The notes under the pieces were generated by a model that saw only the letters and a program-made list of their open reading frames with translations, made no database searches and was not told where the DNA came from. The position numbers and the translations under genes were made by a program. From positions 128,001 to 192,000 of the forward strand of contig CAXXDQ010000005.1 in NCBI GenBank assembly GCA_963664325.2: a stretch of DNA of 64,000 nt. The letters run 5' to 3'. Shown in pieces: positions 30,720 to 41,144 of the stretch (the stretch's first letter is position 1; every line of letters starts with the position of its first letter). The stretch comes from Desulfomonilia bacterium (lineage in GTDB: Bacteria > Desulfobacterota > Desulfomonilia > UBA1062).

Positions 30720-32048
30720 ATGATGAAACCATCCCCTCTCTTTTCCGCTGAATACAATAAACTGTCGGCAGCGGCGCTGGAAACGGCATTGAATCATGTA
30801 GCGGCATACAAGAACTGGCAGGCATTTGATTCTGGCTCATCTGCTCCTGTTGACAGTCGTTTCCGAGCAATGCCCACAATTTCCAAACATGATCTGAGAG
30901 AGCACACCTGGCGCAACTTTATTCCTGCAGACATGGATGTCGATGCCGCGCTGAAAGCTGGCACTGTGGGCCTTGTTTCCACCAGCGGCACGCTAAGTGA
31001 ACAGGTTGTAAATGTCTGGCATCAGCCCTGGTGGGATGCTTCGGAAGCGGCATCTTGGCGCTACAATTCCTGTATGGCGGCATTGAATCTCGGCAAACAC
31101 CGGGAAGCAATTCTTACCAGCCCGCTGAATACGGGCATCCTGTCTGAAAACGGCCTGCTGAGCCTGGAGGAACGTTCGCTCGGCCGTTTCCTCTATCTTA
31201 ATGAAAAAACCAGTCCGTCATTATGGGATGACAAGCTGATAGAGCGCATTATCAGCGAGCTGGAGATATTCCGGCCGGTCGTGCTTGAAGCAAATCCCTC
31301 ATATCTTGCCCGGGTCGCCCGCTTTGCCTGCAGGCATGATCTGAGGGTATATCAGCCGCCGGTAATTGTATTTACCTATGAAAATCCGGGCATACTGGCG
31401 CGAAAACAAATAAGCAAGGTCTTCCGCTCACCGCTTGTCAGCTCCTACGGTTCAACCGAAGCTGGATATGTGTTGATGGAATGTGAACATGGAAAGCTCC
31501 ATCAGGTCTCTAACTTTTGCCGGATCGACCTTGAATTCATGCGGCCTGAATACGGATATCCATGTGTCGGAAGGCTGCTGCTGACAACACTGACCAATCC
31601 CTGGCGGTCATTGATAAGGTTCGATGTCGGCGATCTGGTACAGATCGATTCCAAGGGCATTTGCGAATGCGGACGAAATGACGGATACATCTGCAAGGAA
31701 ATTGCCGGACGGACGGCTGACCTTACCTATACGACGCAAAATCATCCCGTAACCACAGCCATGGTCGAATCTGTAATCAACAGGCTGGAACCTGTTGCCG
31801 ATTATCAGATCTTTCAACGGGAAGGCATTTATAATGTCCACATTGTTCTTGAGGAATCAGCAGATGCTTCCCGCGCGCTGGAGGAAGGAATAATCGAAAG
31901 TCTGCTGCCGTTGTATGGAGCTGGGGCTGTTATCAAGGTTCATTTTGTGCCGGAAATTGCCGTTGAACCGTCAGGCAAATACCGCCGGACGCGCTCGGAT
32001 ATCGAACCGGACTATGATAAACTATTTGTGAAAGAGGTAGCGCCATGA
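30720..32048 (+). CDS. Phenylacetate-CoA ligase (PaaK)-like adenylate-forming enzyme
   Basis: STSGT, YGSTEAG, RFDVGD, GR, SGKYR motifs. Confidence 0.8.
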   Translation: MMKPSPLFSAEYNKLSAAALETALNHVAAYKNWQAFDSGSSAPVDSRFRAMPTISKHDLREHTWRNFIPADMDVDAALKAGTVGLVSTSGTLSEQVVNVWHQPWWDASEAASWRYNSCMAALNLGKHREAILTSPLNTGILSENGLLSLEERSLGRFLYLNEKTSPSLWDDKLIERIISELEIFRPVVLEANPSYLARVARFACRHDLRVYQPPVIVFTYENPGILARKQISKVFRSPLVSSYGSTEAGYVLMECEHGKLHQVSNFCRIDLEFMRPEYGYPCVGRLLLTTLTNPWRSLIRFDVGDLVQIDSKGICECGRNDGYICKEIAGRTADLTYTTQNHPVTTAMVESVINRLEPVADYQIFQREGIYNVHIVLEESADASRALEEGIIESLLPLYGAGAVIKVHFVPEIAVEPSGKYRRTRSDIEPDYDKLFVKEVAP

Positions 32049-32728
32049 GCAGGCCAAGACCAACTGACATTTTTCTGATTGCCGGAGGCATGCAGTCGAA
32101 AAACAATAAGGAAATGCTTGCCGAAGCGCTTGCCCTGATCAAAAAGAAAACTCCAGGCGTTGCCTATATCGGCACGGCCAGCAATGATAACAAGGAATTC
32201 TTTTTGTGGATAAGACAGCTGTTTATGTCTGCAGGCGCCGGAGATGTCAGTCTTGTCCCCATCGTACGGCGGTTTGAACCGGACAAGGCCCGGGATATTT
32301 TGCTGTCGAGCGATATTGTCTTTGTAAGCGGCGGCGATGTGCATCTGGGTATGAAGTATCTGAACAGCAGAAAACTGGTAACTTTCCTCAGGGGAATCTA
32401 TGACCAGGGAAAATTGTTCTGCGGCGTATCCGCCGGGGCGATCATGCTCTGCCGGAACTGGATGAACTGGCGCGATCCTGATGATGACGACTCTGTCGAA
32501 CTTCTTGATTGCCTTGGATTTGCGCCTCTTCTCTGTGATGTCCATGCGGAAGAAGACGATTGGGTGGAAATGAAAAGACTGCTTGGTTTCTTCCCTGAAG
32601 GTACAGCCGGTTACGGTATCCCGACCAATGGCGCTTTACGGGTTGCCCCTAGCGGCAAAATCACGCCTGTCGGTTCTGCCCCGGTACGCTTTATCAAAAG
32701 GGGTGCTGACATAATATCGGTTGATTAA
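32045..32728 (+). CDS. Peptidase S51 (peptidase E/cyanophycinase family)
   Basis: YIGTAS.D, IVFVSGGD, GVSAGA nucleophile elbow, downstream His; ATGA overlap with upstream gene. Confidence 0.8.
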   Translation: MSRPRPTDIFLIAGGMQSKNNKEMLAEALALIKKKTPGVAYIGTASNDNKEFFLWIRQLFMSAGAGDVSLVPIVRRFEPDKARDILLSSDIVFVSGGDVHLGMKYLNSRKLVTFLRGIYDQGKLFCGVSAGAIMLCRNWMNWRDPDDDDSVELLDCLGFAPLLCDVHAEEDDWVEMKRLLGFFPEGTAGYGIPTNGALRVAPSGKITPVGSAPVRFIKRGADIISVD

Positions 32729-32773
32729 TGTTGTATTATTATTTGATCCGAATAAATTTTTAAAGAAAAGTCT

Positions 32774-32995
32774 CTATACGATCATCACAGGGTCATTTCT
32801 CTTGATGATTCTGTATCGTGCCATGTAGACTTCTGGTCTGGTTTTCCGGTTTCTGGAAGGAATAATAAAAAATGAAGGGAATGCATCCCAATCCTGAAAG
32901 CATTCCCATTTGTGTATTATATATTCAATCAGCTCGGTCGATTCTTGATTTCCTGCTTTCCCCCTTGTTGTCAGGACCACAACCGTCTTTCTCAT
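32774..32995 (-). CDS. Hypothetical small protein
   Basis: GGAGG RBS upstream of ATG; no recognisable motif. Confidence 0.35.
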   Translation of the reverse strand: MRKTVVVLTTRGKAGNQESTELIEYIIHKWECFQDWDAFPSFFIIPSRNRKTRPEVYMARYRIIKRNDPVMIV

Positions 32996-33398
32996 TTATT
33001 AAGCCCTCCACTGTTTTGTCTTATGTTGTTGTATTGAGCTATACAGACAATGAAGCAACAGTTGTGCCTTACTTTACCGCCAAAGTGATTATTTAAGCTG
33101 ATTGAATGTAACATAATGAATATATAAGGTATTATGTTAGTGTTCTGAGGACTGCGATGACGGTTTAATGCAGGGTGATAGGTAAGAATATGTTGTTAAA
33201 TAGAAAAATGCTTCATGTTTAAGTAAAACTATTTCCCATTAATGTGTTAATGATTAACAAATGCTTTGCCTGAACATTACAGGACGTCCCAAGACTGGGC
33301 GGAGCATTATCTTGACTTGTGGAGCAATGGTCTTATAATTCAAACCTTGTTGAATTCATCGTTTCCAATCTTGGGCAAATGGCCTGGAGGAGGTTACA

Positions 33399-33830
33399 AT
33401 GAAAAATTCATTCGTATTTCTTATTACAGCTGTTATCACAACCATGATGAGCGGGTGCATCCTGTCCAAAATACCAGATCATGATGCTGTCACCGTGATA
33501 TTGGGCGAGCAGATAACATTCAGTGTCAAGGTATATCCGTCAAATGAAATCTATACCTGGACCTTGGATGGGGCAACACTTTCGAATACCGGGAAATCTT
33601 TTGTGTACATCGTGCAGGAAGGAAAGCACACTCTTACGGTAAAGACGGTGCATGCACTGGTTGCAGATAAGCAGACCTGGAATATCTATGGACACATCCC
33701 TCCAGTTGCAAATGCCGGAGGCGATGAATCGGTAGCCATTGATTCAACACCCAAATTTCTTTGGGGCTCAGACTCGACTCATCGGAGATCAATATTGTTT
33801 CCCATGAGCGGCAGCGGAATGACGGATTAA
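33399..33830 (+). pseudogene. Truncated lipoprotein (Ig/PKD-like repeat protein fragment)
   Basis: GGAGG RBS, lipobox MSGC, Ig-like domain, then PPVANAGGD (start of a PKD-type repeat) after which the sequence degenerates. Confidence 0.5.
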
Positions 33831-33991
33831 CCTTAACGCTGACCGATACAAGAGACCCTGGTGATTCCGGGGCCCGAATAGACATGTTTTCACCCATCGC
33901 TTTTATATTGGTTAAGTGAGACGAGAAAACCCGGACTGGTTTTCCTAGAGTTACCCATGCGGGTTTATCTGAAATGTAAAAACTAAAAAAC

Positions 33992-34067
33992 TGGTGCCCC
34001 CGGCAGGAATCGGACCTGCGACACCAGGATTAGGAATCCTGTGCTCTATCCACTGAGCTACGGGGGC
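33992..34067 (-). tRNA. tRNA-Arg(CCT)
   Basis: 76-nt cloverleaf GCCCCCGTAGCTCAGTGGATAGAGCA-CAGGA TTCCTAA TCCTG-...GGGGGCACCA with encoded CCA. Confidence 0.95.
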
Positions 34068-34162
34068 ACGAGGTATTTTTCTTAATATCATGGGCTCGCT
34101 AACGTCAAGCGGAAAATGCCTGCTTGTGGGATGGGATTTCATAAGATATAGCTTTTGGCAGC

Positions 34163-35410
34163 ATGAAAAAAACCGAGATACTCTCGCCTGCGGGAAACCG
34201 CGAAATGCTTGAGACCGCCTGCCTTTACGGTGCGGATGCCGTTTATTTGGGCCTGTCGGGAGGCATGAATCTGAGGGCCAGGGCCGGCGGCTTTTCGCCG
34301 GAGACATTAAGCGGTGCTGTGGCATATGCCCATGAAAGAAGCGCCAGGGTCTACCTGACGCTCAACATATACCCGCATGACGATGATATCGGTCTTGTCA
34401 GGGAATGCATAGAAACCGCCAGAAATGCCGGAGTCGATGCGATCATCGTCTCGGATATCGGCGTGGCCTCTCTCGTGAAGAGCATCTGGCCCCGGGCGAC
34501 GCTCCATCTCAGCACACAGGCGAACACAGTGAATGTGCCCGCCATAAAAGCCTGGGAAGGATTCGGGATAAAAAGGGTGATACTGGCCAGGGAACTGTCT
34601 GCCGGCGAGATAGGCTATATAAGGAAGAACGTCTCCGCCGAGCTTGAAGTGTTCATCCATGGCAGCGTCTGCATATCCGTTTCAGGCCGGTGCCTCATAA
34701 GCAGCTATTTGAACGCAAGGGATGCCAACAGGGGGGAATGCACGCAGCCGTGCAGGTGGGACTACGCGCTGCTTGAAAAGACCAGACCGTCTGAGTACAT
34801 GCCCGTTGTCGAGGAGGACGGGTTTACCTATCTTTACAATTCAAAGGACATCTGTATCCTGCCTGTTTTTGCCGATGTCATGAGTCTCGGCCTTGATGGC
34901 CTGAAGATCGAGGGCCGGAACAGGACCCCGCTGTATGTGGCGACCGTCACCTCGGTTTACAGGCAGGCTAGGGACGCCTATCTTGCAGATCCCGAAGGTT
35001 TTTTTATCAAGCCCACCTGGCTTGAGGAGATAAAAAAAACCAGCAACCGCGAATACTTCACGGGCTTTTTTACAGGTATTCCGGGCGCGGACAGCCTGAA
35101 GTATGATTTTACGGGATATATGCACAGCCATCACCTTGCCGCCCGCATAATCTCAACCAATGGCAACAGGGCTTTGCTCGAGGCGAGAAACCCGCTCATC
35201 GAAGGCATGGAGCTTGAATGGATGTCCGCATCAGGCGAGAGGCAGACATTCACATTAAGCGGTGCGGCTGCAAACGGCGTACCGCAGCCGAAGATCAGGC
35301 CCAACAGCATTTTTGAGATGGAGCTGCCTTTCAGGCCGCTTGCCGGCGAGCTCATCAGAAAGCCCTACAGCGAAGGCGACAGGGTCGTTGAAAGGCGCGG
35401 GAAGAAATGA
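34163..35410 (+). CDS. Peptidase U32 family protein (TrhP/YegQ-like tRNA hydroxylase)
   Basis: EILSPAG, GADAVYLG, HLSTQAN, EVFIHG..C...SGRC...RGECTQPCR, LKIEGR. Confidence 0.88.
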   Translation: MKKTEILSPAGNREMLETACLYGADAVYLGLSGGMNLRARAGGFSPETLSGAVAYAHERSARVYLTLNIYPHDDDIGLVRECIETARNAGVDAIIVSDIGVASLVKSIWPRATLHLSTQANTVNVPAIKAWEGFGIKRVILARELSAGEIGYIRKNVSAELEVFIHGSVCISVSGRCLISSYLNARDANRGECTQPCRWDYALLEKTRPSEYMPVVEEDGFTYLYNSKDICILPVFADVMSLGLDGLKIEGRNRTPLYVATVTSVYRQARDAYLADPEGFFIKPTWLEEIKKTSNREYFTGFFTGIPGADSLKYDFTGYMHSHHLAARIISTNGNRALLEARNPLIEGMELEWMSASGERQTFTLSGAAANGVPQPKIRPNSIFEMELPFRPLAGELIRKPYSEGDRVVERRGKK

Positions 35411-37275
35411 AGGACCTTTTCGACGGGCTGAATGAGGAGCAGAAAAGGGCTGCAAAGCATATCAACGGGCCTCTCCTTATATTCGCCGGGGCGGGCTCAG
35501 GCAAGACCCGGGTGATCGTCCACCGGGTGGCAAACCTGATAAACAGCGGAATCAACCCGCACCGCATCCTCTGCCTGACCTTCACCAACAAGGCGGCCGG
35601 CGAGATGAAGGACCGGCTTGCCAGAATGCTCGGCAATGCATCATCGGGGTTGTGGGCCGGAACGTTCCACTCATTCGGGGCCTGGATGCTCAGGCGTGAG
35701 GCTCACAGGATGGGATATCCTCAGGGCTTTACCATATATGATGCGGCGGATACGCGTTCGCTGATCTCAAAGTGCCTGAAAGACCTCAGGATCAAAACGA
35801 ACAAGGGGACCGACTCCCAGATTGCCTGGCTCATCTCCATGGCCAAGGACACGCTTCAGGATTACAAATATTTCAACCTGCGGCTCAGTTTCGACCCTGT
35901 CCCTGTGATAAGCCTGTACGAAGAAAGGAAAAGGGAATACGGGGCCTTTGATTTCGGTGATCTCCTGAAGGTTCCGGGGCAGATCCTGAACGAGTTTCCG
36001 GAAGTAAGAAGGCATTACCATGAGATGTTCCCCTATATCCTTGTCGACGAATACCAGGACACCAATATGGCCCAGTACGTCATGCTCATGGGGCTCATAT
36101 CGGGCGAGAAGAATATATGCGTGGTCGGCGACGACGACCAGTCCATATACGGCTGGCGCGGTGCGGATGTCGGCAATATCCTCAGGTTCAAGGAGGACTT
36201 CCCCGAGGCCCGGGTCATTACCCTCGAGCAGAACTACCGCTCAACAGAGGAAATTCTCAATGCCGCGTCCTCGCTCATTTCATATAATTCAAGGCGGGCT
36301 CCGAAGATACTGAAGACGGTGAAGAAGGAAACCGGAGGCGTCACTTTAAAGGAATATCCCGATGACGATGCGGAGGCGGCCAACGTTTCGCGGGCCATAG
36401 CCAGGCTTACCGAAGATGGCACCAATCCCGCCGATATCGGCGTATTTTACAGAATCAACGCCATCTCGCGCGTGGTGGAGGAAAATCTTGTCCGCCGCGG
36501 CATACCGTATGCGGTATACGGGGGCGTGAGGTTTTACGAGCGCAGGGAGATAAAGGACGTGCTTGCATACCTGCGCATAATAGCCAACCCCAGGGATGAG
36601 GACGCGCTTGGCAGGATTATCAACACACCCGGCCGAGGCATCGGTCCCAAGACATTCCTTTCGCTCAGGGAGTATGCGAAGAAGAAAGGCCTTCCGACGA
36701 CCTTTGAAGGGCTTAAAGAGGCCCTTGACGCTGGCTTCGTCAAGGGAAAGGCGGCCGAAGGGCTCAGGGATTTCCTGACCCAGACGGGAAGGATAAAAGA
36801 GGCCTCGTCAAATCTTGACGTCGCCGGCCTGATCAGCATGACGCTCGACATCACGGGACTGAAGGAAGAGATAAAATCGGAGGTCGACGGCGAGGACCGG
36901 CTCACCAACCTGAACGAGCTTGTTGCGAGCGCATACGGCGCAACGGACCTCCAGGAGTTCCTGGCGGAAAAATCGCTCATATCGAACACGGACAGGGAGG
37001 AAGGCGAAACGGTCAGCGTCATGACGCTTCACATGTCAAAAGGCCTTGAATTCGACCACGTGTTCATCCTCGGGCTTGAGGAAGGCATACTGCCACACTC
37101 CAGATCGATGACTGAAAATTCCGATATCGAAGAGGAAAGAAGACTCCTGTATGTCGGCATAACACGGGCCAGAAAGCAGGCGCATCTTTCATGGGCAAGG
37201 GTCCGGGCGCTTTACGGCCGGGAATCGTTCCAGTATCCGTCCGGGTTCCTTAACGAAATAAGGGACGGGCTGTAA
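35407..37275 (+). CDS. PcrA/UvrD family DNA helicase
   Basis: AGAGSGKT, TFTNKAA, VDEYQD, VGDDDQSIYGWRGA, LEQNYRS, KGLEF, EERRLLYVGITRA. Confidence 0.93.
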   Translation: MKDLFDGLNEEQKRAAKHINGPLLIFAGAGSGKTRVIVHRVANLINSGINPHRILCLTFTNKAAGEMKDRLARMLGNASSGLWAGTFHSFGAWMLRREAHRMGYPQGFTIYDAADTRSLISKCLKDLRIKTNKGTDSQIAWLISMAKDTLQDYKYFNLRLSFDPVPVISLYEERKREYGAFDFGDLLKVPGQILNEFPEVRRHYHEMFPYILVDEYQDTNMAQYVMLMGLISGEKNICVVGDDDQSIYGWRGADVGNILRFKEDFPEARVITLEQNYRSTEEILNAASSLISYNSRRAPKILKTVKKETGGVTLKEYPDDDAEAANVSRAIARLTEDGTNPADIGVFYRINAISRVVEENLVRRGIPYAVYGGVRFYERREIKDVLAYLRIIANPRDEDALGRIINTPGRGIGPKTFLSLREYAKKKGLPTTFEGLKEALDAGFVKGKAAEGLRDFLTQTGRIKEASSNLDVAGLISMTLDITGLKEEIKSEVDGEDRLTNLNELVASAYGATDLQEFLAEKSLISNTDREEGETVSVMTLHMSKGLEFDHVFILGLEEGILPHSRSMTENSDIEEERRLLYVGITRARKQAHLSWARVRALYGRESFQYPSGFLNEIRDGL

Positions 37276-37308
37276 ACCCTTCCGGCCTGTTCCCCGACTT
37301 TAAATTGC

Positions 37309-38241
37309 CTATTTGTTCCGTGCGAGCGAGATCAGGTACAGGATGTCATGAGCCAGAGTGGCGCCTGCCAGGGCGGTAATCCGGCCCGGGGAATCGTAAG
37401 GCGGGCAGACCTCAACCAGGTCTCCGCCCACGATCTTCAAACCCGCAAGCCCCTTGAGTATCCGCCTTGCCGTGTGCGTGCTCGGACCGCCTACCACGGG
37501 GGTCCCTGTTCCCGGGGCATAGGCCGGATCGAGAAAGTCGATGTCAAAGGTGATGTATGCCGGATGATCACCAACGATGCTCCGGATCTTTTCTATTGCA
37601 GGTGCGGCGCCGTTTTCCAGAACCCAGTCCGCATGAAGGATATTGAAGCCCTGCGTATCCGGGTTGGGAGTGCGGATTCCCAGCTGTATCGAACGGGACG
37701 CATCCACGAGCCCTTCCTTCATGGCCAGAAAGAACATGGTACCGTGGTTCAGTTCATCGCCCATGTCCCAGGAATCCGAGTGCGAATCAAAGTGAATCAG
37801 CGAAAGAGGGCCATACTTGTTCGCATGGGCCTTGAGCAGCGGATATGTCACCATGTGATCTCCGCCTAGAGAGAGTACGGACAATCCTGCGTCAAGGATT
37901 TTTCCGACATGTTCGGCGACTGTGGAGAGCATGCGGTCGGGGTATCCGGGAAAAAACGCCAGGTCGCTGTAGTCGATCACGTTGTGACGCTCAAAGACGT
38001 TGAATTCCCAGGGCCAGAGCCCCCAGGGGTACATTCCGCTCACGGAAGACTGCTCGCGTATCGCCCTCGGGCCGAAGCGTGTGCCGGGGCGGTTGGACGT
38101 GCTGAGATCGAAAGGGATGCCCACTACGGCGATGTCCGCCCCTGTCAGATCACGAGTGTATTTGCGCCGGGCGAAAGAGAGCTCCCCCGCATACATGGCG
38201 TCATAGATCACCGATTGACTTAAATCATGACCGAGTGGCAT
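37309..38241 (-). CDS. speB: Agmatinase (ureohydrolase family)
   Basis: RPGTRFGP, GGDH, DSHSD, DIDFLDPAYAPGTGTP; substrate inferred, not certain. Confidence 0.8.
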   Translation of the reverse strand: MPLGHDLSQSVIYDAMYAGELSFARRKYTRDLTGADIAVVGIPFDLSTSNRPGTRFGPRAIREQSSVSGMYPWGLWPWEFNVFERHNVIDYSDLAFFPGYPDRMLSTVAEHVGKILDAGLSVLSLGGDHMVTYPLLKAHANKYGPLSLIHFDSHSDSWDMGDELNHGTMFFLAMKEGLVDASRSIQLGIRTPNPDTQGFNILHADWVLENGAAPAIEKIRSIVGDHPAYITFDIDFLDPAYAPGTGTPVVGGPSTHTARRILKGLAGLKIVGGDLVEVCPPYDSPGRITALAGATLAHDILYLISLARNK

Positions 38242-38439
38242 GCAATGCTCCTCCTTTCCTGATCAACCGTGAGGCATCAGGTCTTGATTTGTGGAAATTT
38301 ATATATCCAGCCATTGTTTTGAATACTTTCTCCTTTTCAGATAATTGAATATACCATCGCTGATTCTACTATACCCGGAACTTAAATATCCAATGGGAAT
38401 TAAAAACAATGGCATCGGCGGGGCATTACTCAATCGAAG

Positions 38440-38462
38440 GGGAAAGAGGGCCCCTCTTTCCC
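38440..38462. terminator. GC-rich hairpin downstream of the metallophosphoesterase gene
   Basis: GGGAAAGAGG / CCTCTTTCCC perfect 10-bp stem. Confidence 0.4.
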
Positions 38463-38567
38463 GGCATGTTAAAAGCCGGAAACAGGGCGCATCTTTGCTG
38501 ACGGAAGGGGCGGATTTTTCCTGCCGGTTACAGAGCTTAAGGAATGGATTCTGAAAGCTGCAAGAAG

Positions 38568-40259
38568 CTATTTTGAATCTGTTGCAATGAAGATCATGGA
38601 GTCCTTTTTGCCCATGCTGTCTTTTATTCTGGCAGTAATAATATGCGGCCCGGGACTCAACTTTGCTGCATCAATTTCTGCACTGTAAATAATACCGCCG
38701 TTGTGCATCGCGCCAATCCAGCTGCCTGAATCGATTTTGTAAGCGACGCTTTCTATCGGATAGAGACTGTAGGCATTGAGTATCAGCGGGAGTGTTCCCT
38801 TCAGGATTTGAAGCGTGGAAACGCCGGTTTCAAGACCTTCCTCATTGCCATAAACGCAGAATGTATAGGCGTTCAGAACATCGATGTCGGTGAAGGACAG
38901 CTTTCCATAACCCAGCCTTGTTCCTGCAGGGTCTGCAAAGCAGATATCCCGTTCCTGTTTAAAGGCCTTGTATGAAGAACTTAAGATTTCAGGTGCTACA
39001 GTAAGGATGCGGTAGCCCTGAGGGGTGCCGTCAGCATTTGCATTGATTCCTGTATCTGACATACAGGGATAAAGGATATCCATGATACTGTTGAAGCCGG
39101 GCCCCCACCATGCGCCGCAAACTGCTCCGTTTGTTACATGAAGGGTCCCTTTTTCCTTAAATAAACCGTTAGAATGAGTGTGTCCGAAAAACACTACAGA
39201 GACTTTGTATTTTTCAAAAAGTTCAAGGATGGATTCCCTGTCGACCCATACGTCGGGCGGCTTATTCAGAAGTTTCTTTACAATATATTCGATGGTGTTC
39301 TCGGTATTGTCTACAGGTTCATGGAAGAAGACCAGGATGCGCTTGTTTTTGTTGAGCTCAAGGTCCGTTTCGAACCATTGTTTCTGTGTTTCATCGAGTC
39401 CGTAGGTAAGTATTTTGCCATGGTCTCCTGACAGGATGTTTGTATCGAGCAGAATAAAATGGCAATCGGCATAATCGAACGAATGATAAAGCGGGCCGAA
39501 ATAAGAACGATAGGCCGTTTTATAGAAGATCCTGTCGGAATCGGAATCGTTGTGGCCGGGATTTCCCATTGCATTGTAAACCGGAACGCCAAGTCTCGAG
39601 CAGGTTCTGACATAATTATCAAGTCCCGAAGTGTCTTCAGGCGTAACCCCGCTCTGGTCGCCGTTTGCAATTATGAAATCCGGCTTCGGGCTTAGGTACA
39701 TGAATTCATCGATAAACTTGCTGAATGTCTCCAGAGGGTCCTGATTTGCTCCCCATTGGCCCTGGCCGGCAACCACCTCAAAGTGTATGTCGTTCATAAT
39801 CACACCTGAGTAAGCACGGGTAACCTCTGACGGGGTTAATGAGAAATAATAAAGCTGCTGTTGCGGTTCTGTTTTTCTGAAAAAAACAGGGATGTTGTTC
39901 ATTGCAAGAGGCAGGTCATATCCGGCAGGTTTTGTTATATAGACATAATCAAAACCCTTGGGCAGTCTGAATATGCCCTTTTCATCCGTGATGGTGATGT
40001 CTTTTCCGTTGGTTACCTGTACGCCGGGAATGGGAGAGTCTTCGGTGGAGTAAATAAGGTCCTTGTCAGCATCAACAAAGACTGCACCGCATATTGATTC
40101 GGAATCACATTCTATTTCAAGAGCGGGTAAAGATGATTTATCATCGGTTTCCTGATTGGCTGCCGGTGTTTCATAATTTTTGGTCCCGGAACCGCTGCAG
40201 CCATAAAAAATCCATACTGCCAGAGAAAAAAATATTAAAAGAAAAAGAGAATTTTTCAT
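38568..40259 (-). CDS. Calcineurin-like metallophosphoesterase lipoprotein
   Basis: Lipobox FYGC, N-terminal GVQVTNG..TDEKG domain, DIH, GD, GN..H, FHEP, GHTH, GAVCGAWW, DGTP.GY. Confidence 0.82.
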   Translation of the reverse strand: MKNSLFLLIFFSLAVWIFYGCSGSGTKNYETPAANQETDDKSSLPALEIECDSESICGAVFVDADKDLIYSTEDSPIPGVQVTNGKDITITDEKGIFRLPKGFDYVYITKPAGYDLPLAMNNIPVFFRKTEPQQQLYYFSLTPSEVTRAYSGVIMNDIHFEVVAGQGQWGANQDPLETFSKFIDEFMYLSPKPDFIIANGDQSGVTPEDTSGLDNYVRTCSRLGVPVYNAMGNPGHNDSDSDRIFYKTAYRSYFGPLYHSFDYADCHFILLDTNILSGDHGKILTYGLDETQKQWFETDLELNKNKRILVFFHEPVDNTENTIEYIVKKLLNKPPDVWVDRESILELFEKYKVSVVFFGHTHSNGLFKEKGTLHVTNGAVCGAWWGPGFNSIMDILYPCMSDTGINANADGTPQGYRILTVAPEILSSSYKAFKQERDICFADPAGTRLGYGKLSFTDIDVLNAYTFCVYGNEEGLETGVSTLQILKGTLPLILNAYSLYPIESVAYKIDSGSWIGAMHNGGIIYSAEIDAAKLSPGPHIITARIKDSMGKKDSMIFIATDSK

Positions 40260-40624
40260 CTTGTCCTCCTCTCATATGCTGAGTTCACAATATTGATGGC
40301 CGATTGCAATTCAGCGGTCAGGGTTGCTGTTTTTCCAAAATGAAATGGAATGTCAGCATTTTAAAGTAAAACTATAATAGCAGGCAAATATATAGTGTCA
40401 ATCCCCCTGAACAAGGGTGATCCGACTTTCTCTACCCCCTTCAAGATAAACACATCTTCATTCAGTAGATCACTGCAATCATGCAAGACTGGATTATTCA
40501 AAATGGCGGTTCCCTTGTCCTTACCGCCTTTACCTCCGGTTCAGCTTTGATTAGACATGAAGTCTGGCAATCTATGAGCTATTTTGTTGCCGTAAAGCAA
40601 ATTCCAATATAGGTATTGAATAAA

Positions 40625-41038
40625 ATGAATTACTGTTTAGCCTATTGCGGATCGCGCTGTGATCTTTGTCCCAGATATCAGGCAACACTCAACGGAGACC
40701 GGGATCAACTGTCGGTGCTTGCAGAGCTCTGGTACCGTTGCGGATGGCGTGATCGTGTTTTGTCACCTGATGAGATGTCATGCAGCGGGTGCTCAGAAAC
40801 AATATGGTGCCGCTATGGTATACCTGGATGCGCTGCGAAAAAAGGGGTGCCGAATTGCGGAGTATGCAAGTCTTATCAATCCTGCAAACGTCTGAATGAA
40901 ATGTTTGCCAGCAACCATTATTACGATGAAAACTGCCAATTGAAATGTTCTGAAGAAGAATATGAAATGCTGCGAAAAGTTTGCTTTAATAAGAGGGAAA
41001 ACCTCAATAACGCCGGGAAAAAGGGTCAAATAAAATAG
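40625..41038 (+). CDS. DUF3795-like Cys-rich protein
   Basis: AYCGSRCDLCP, CSGC, C....GCA.KKGV.NCG.C. Confidence 0.75.
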   Translation: MNYCLAYCGSRCDLCPRYQATLNGDRDQLSVLAELWYRCGWRDRVLSPDEMSCSGCSETIWCRYGIPGCAAKKGVPNCGVCKSYQSCKRLNEMFASNHYYDENCQLKCSEEEYEMLRKVCFNKRENLNNAGKKGQIK

Positions 41039-41144
41039 ATATTGCACTTTTTATTTCGATTGTAGCTTCATCATCTTAAAATATCGTTTTTTGTTGAGCA
41101 TTACTTTTTACGAAGAAGCTGGAAACCGGCATGACCTGTAATTT

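Noticed and set aside
38242-38400. Guanidine riboswitch upstream of the ureohydrolase
   Set aside because: No ykkC, mini-ykkC (ACGR loops) or ykkC-III consensus seen
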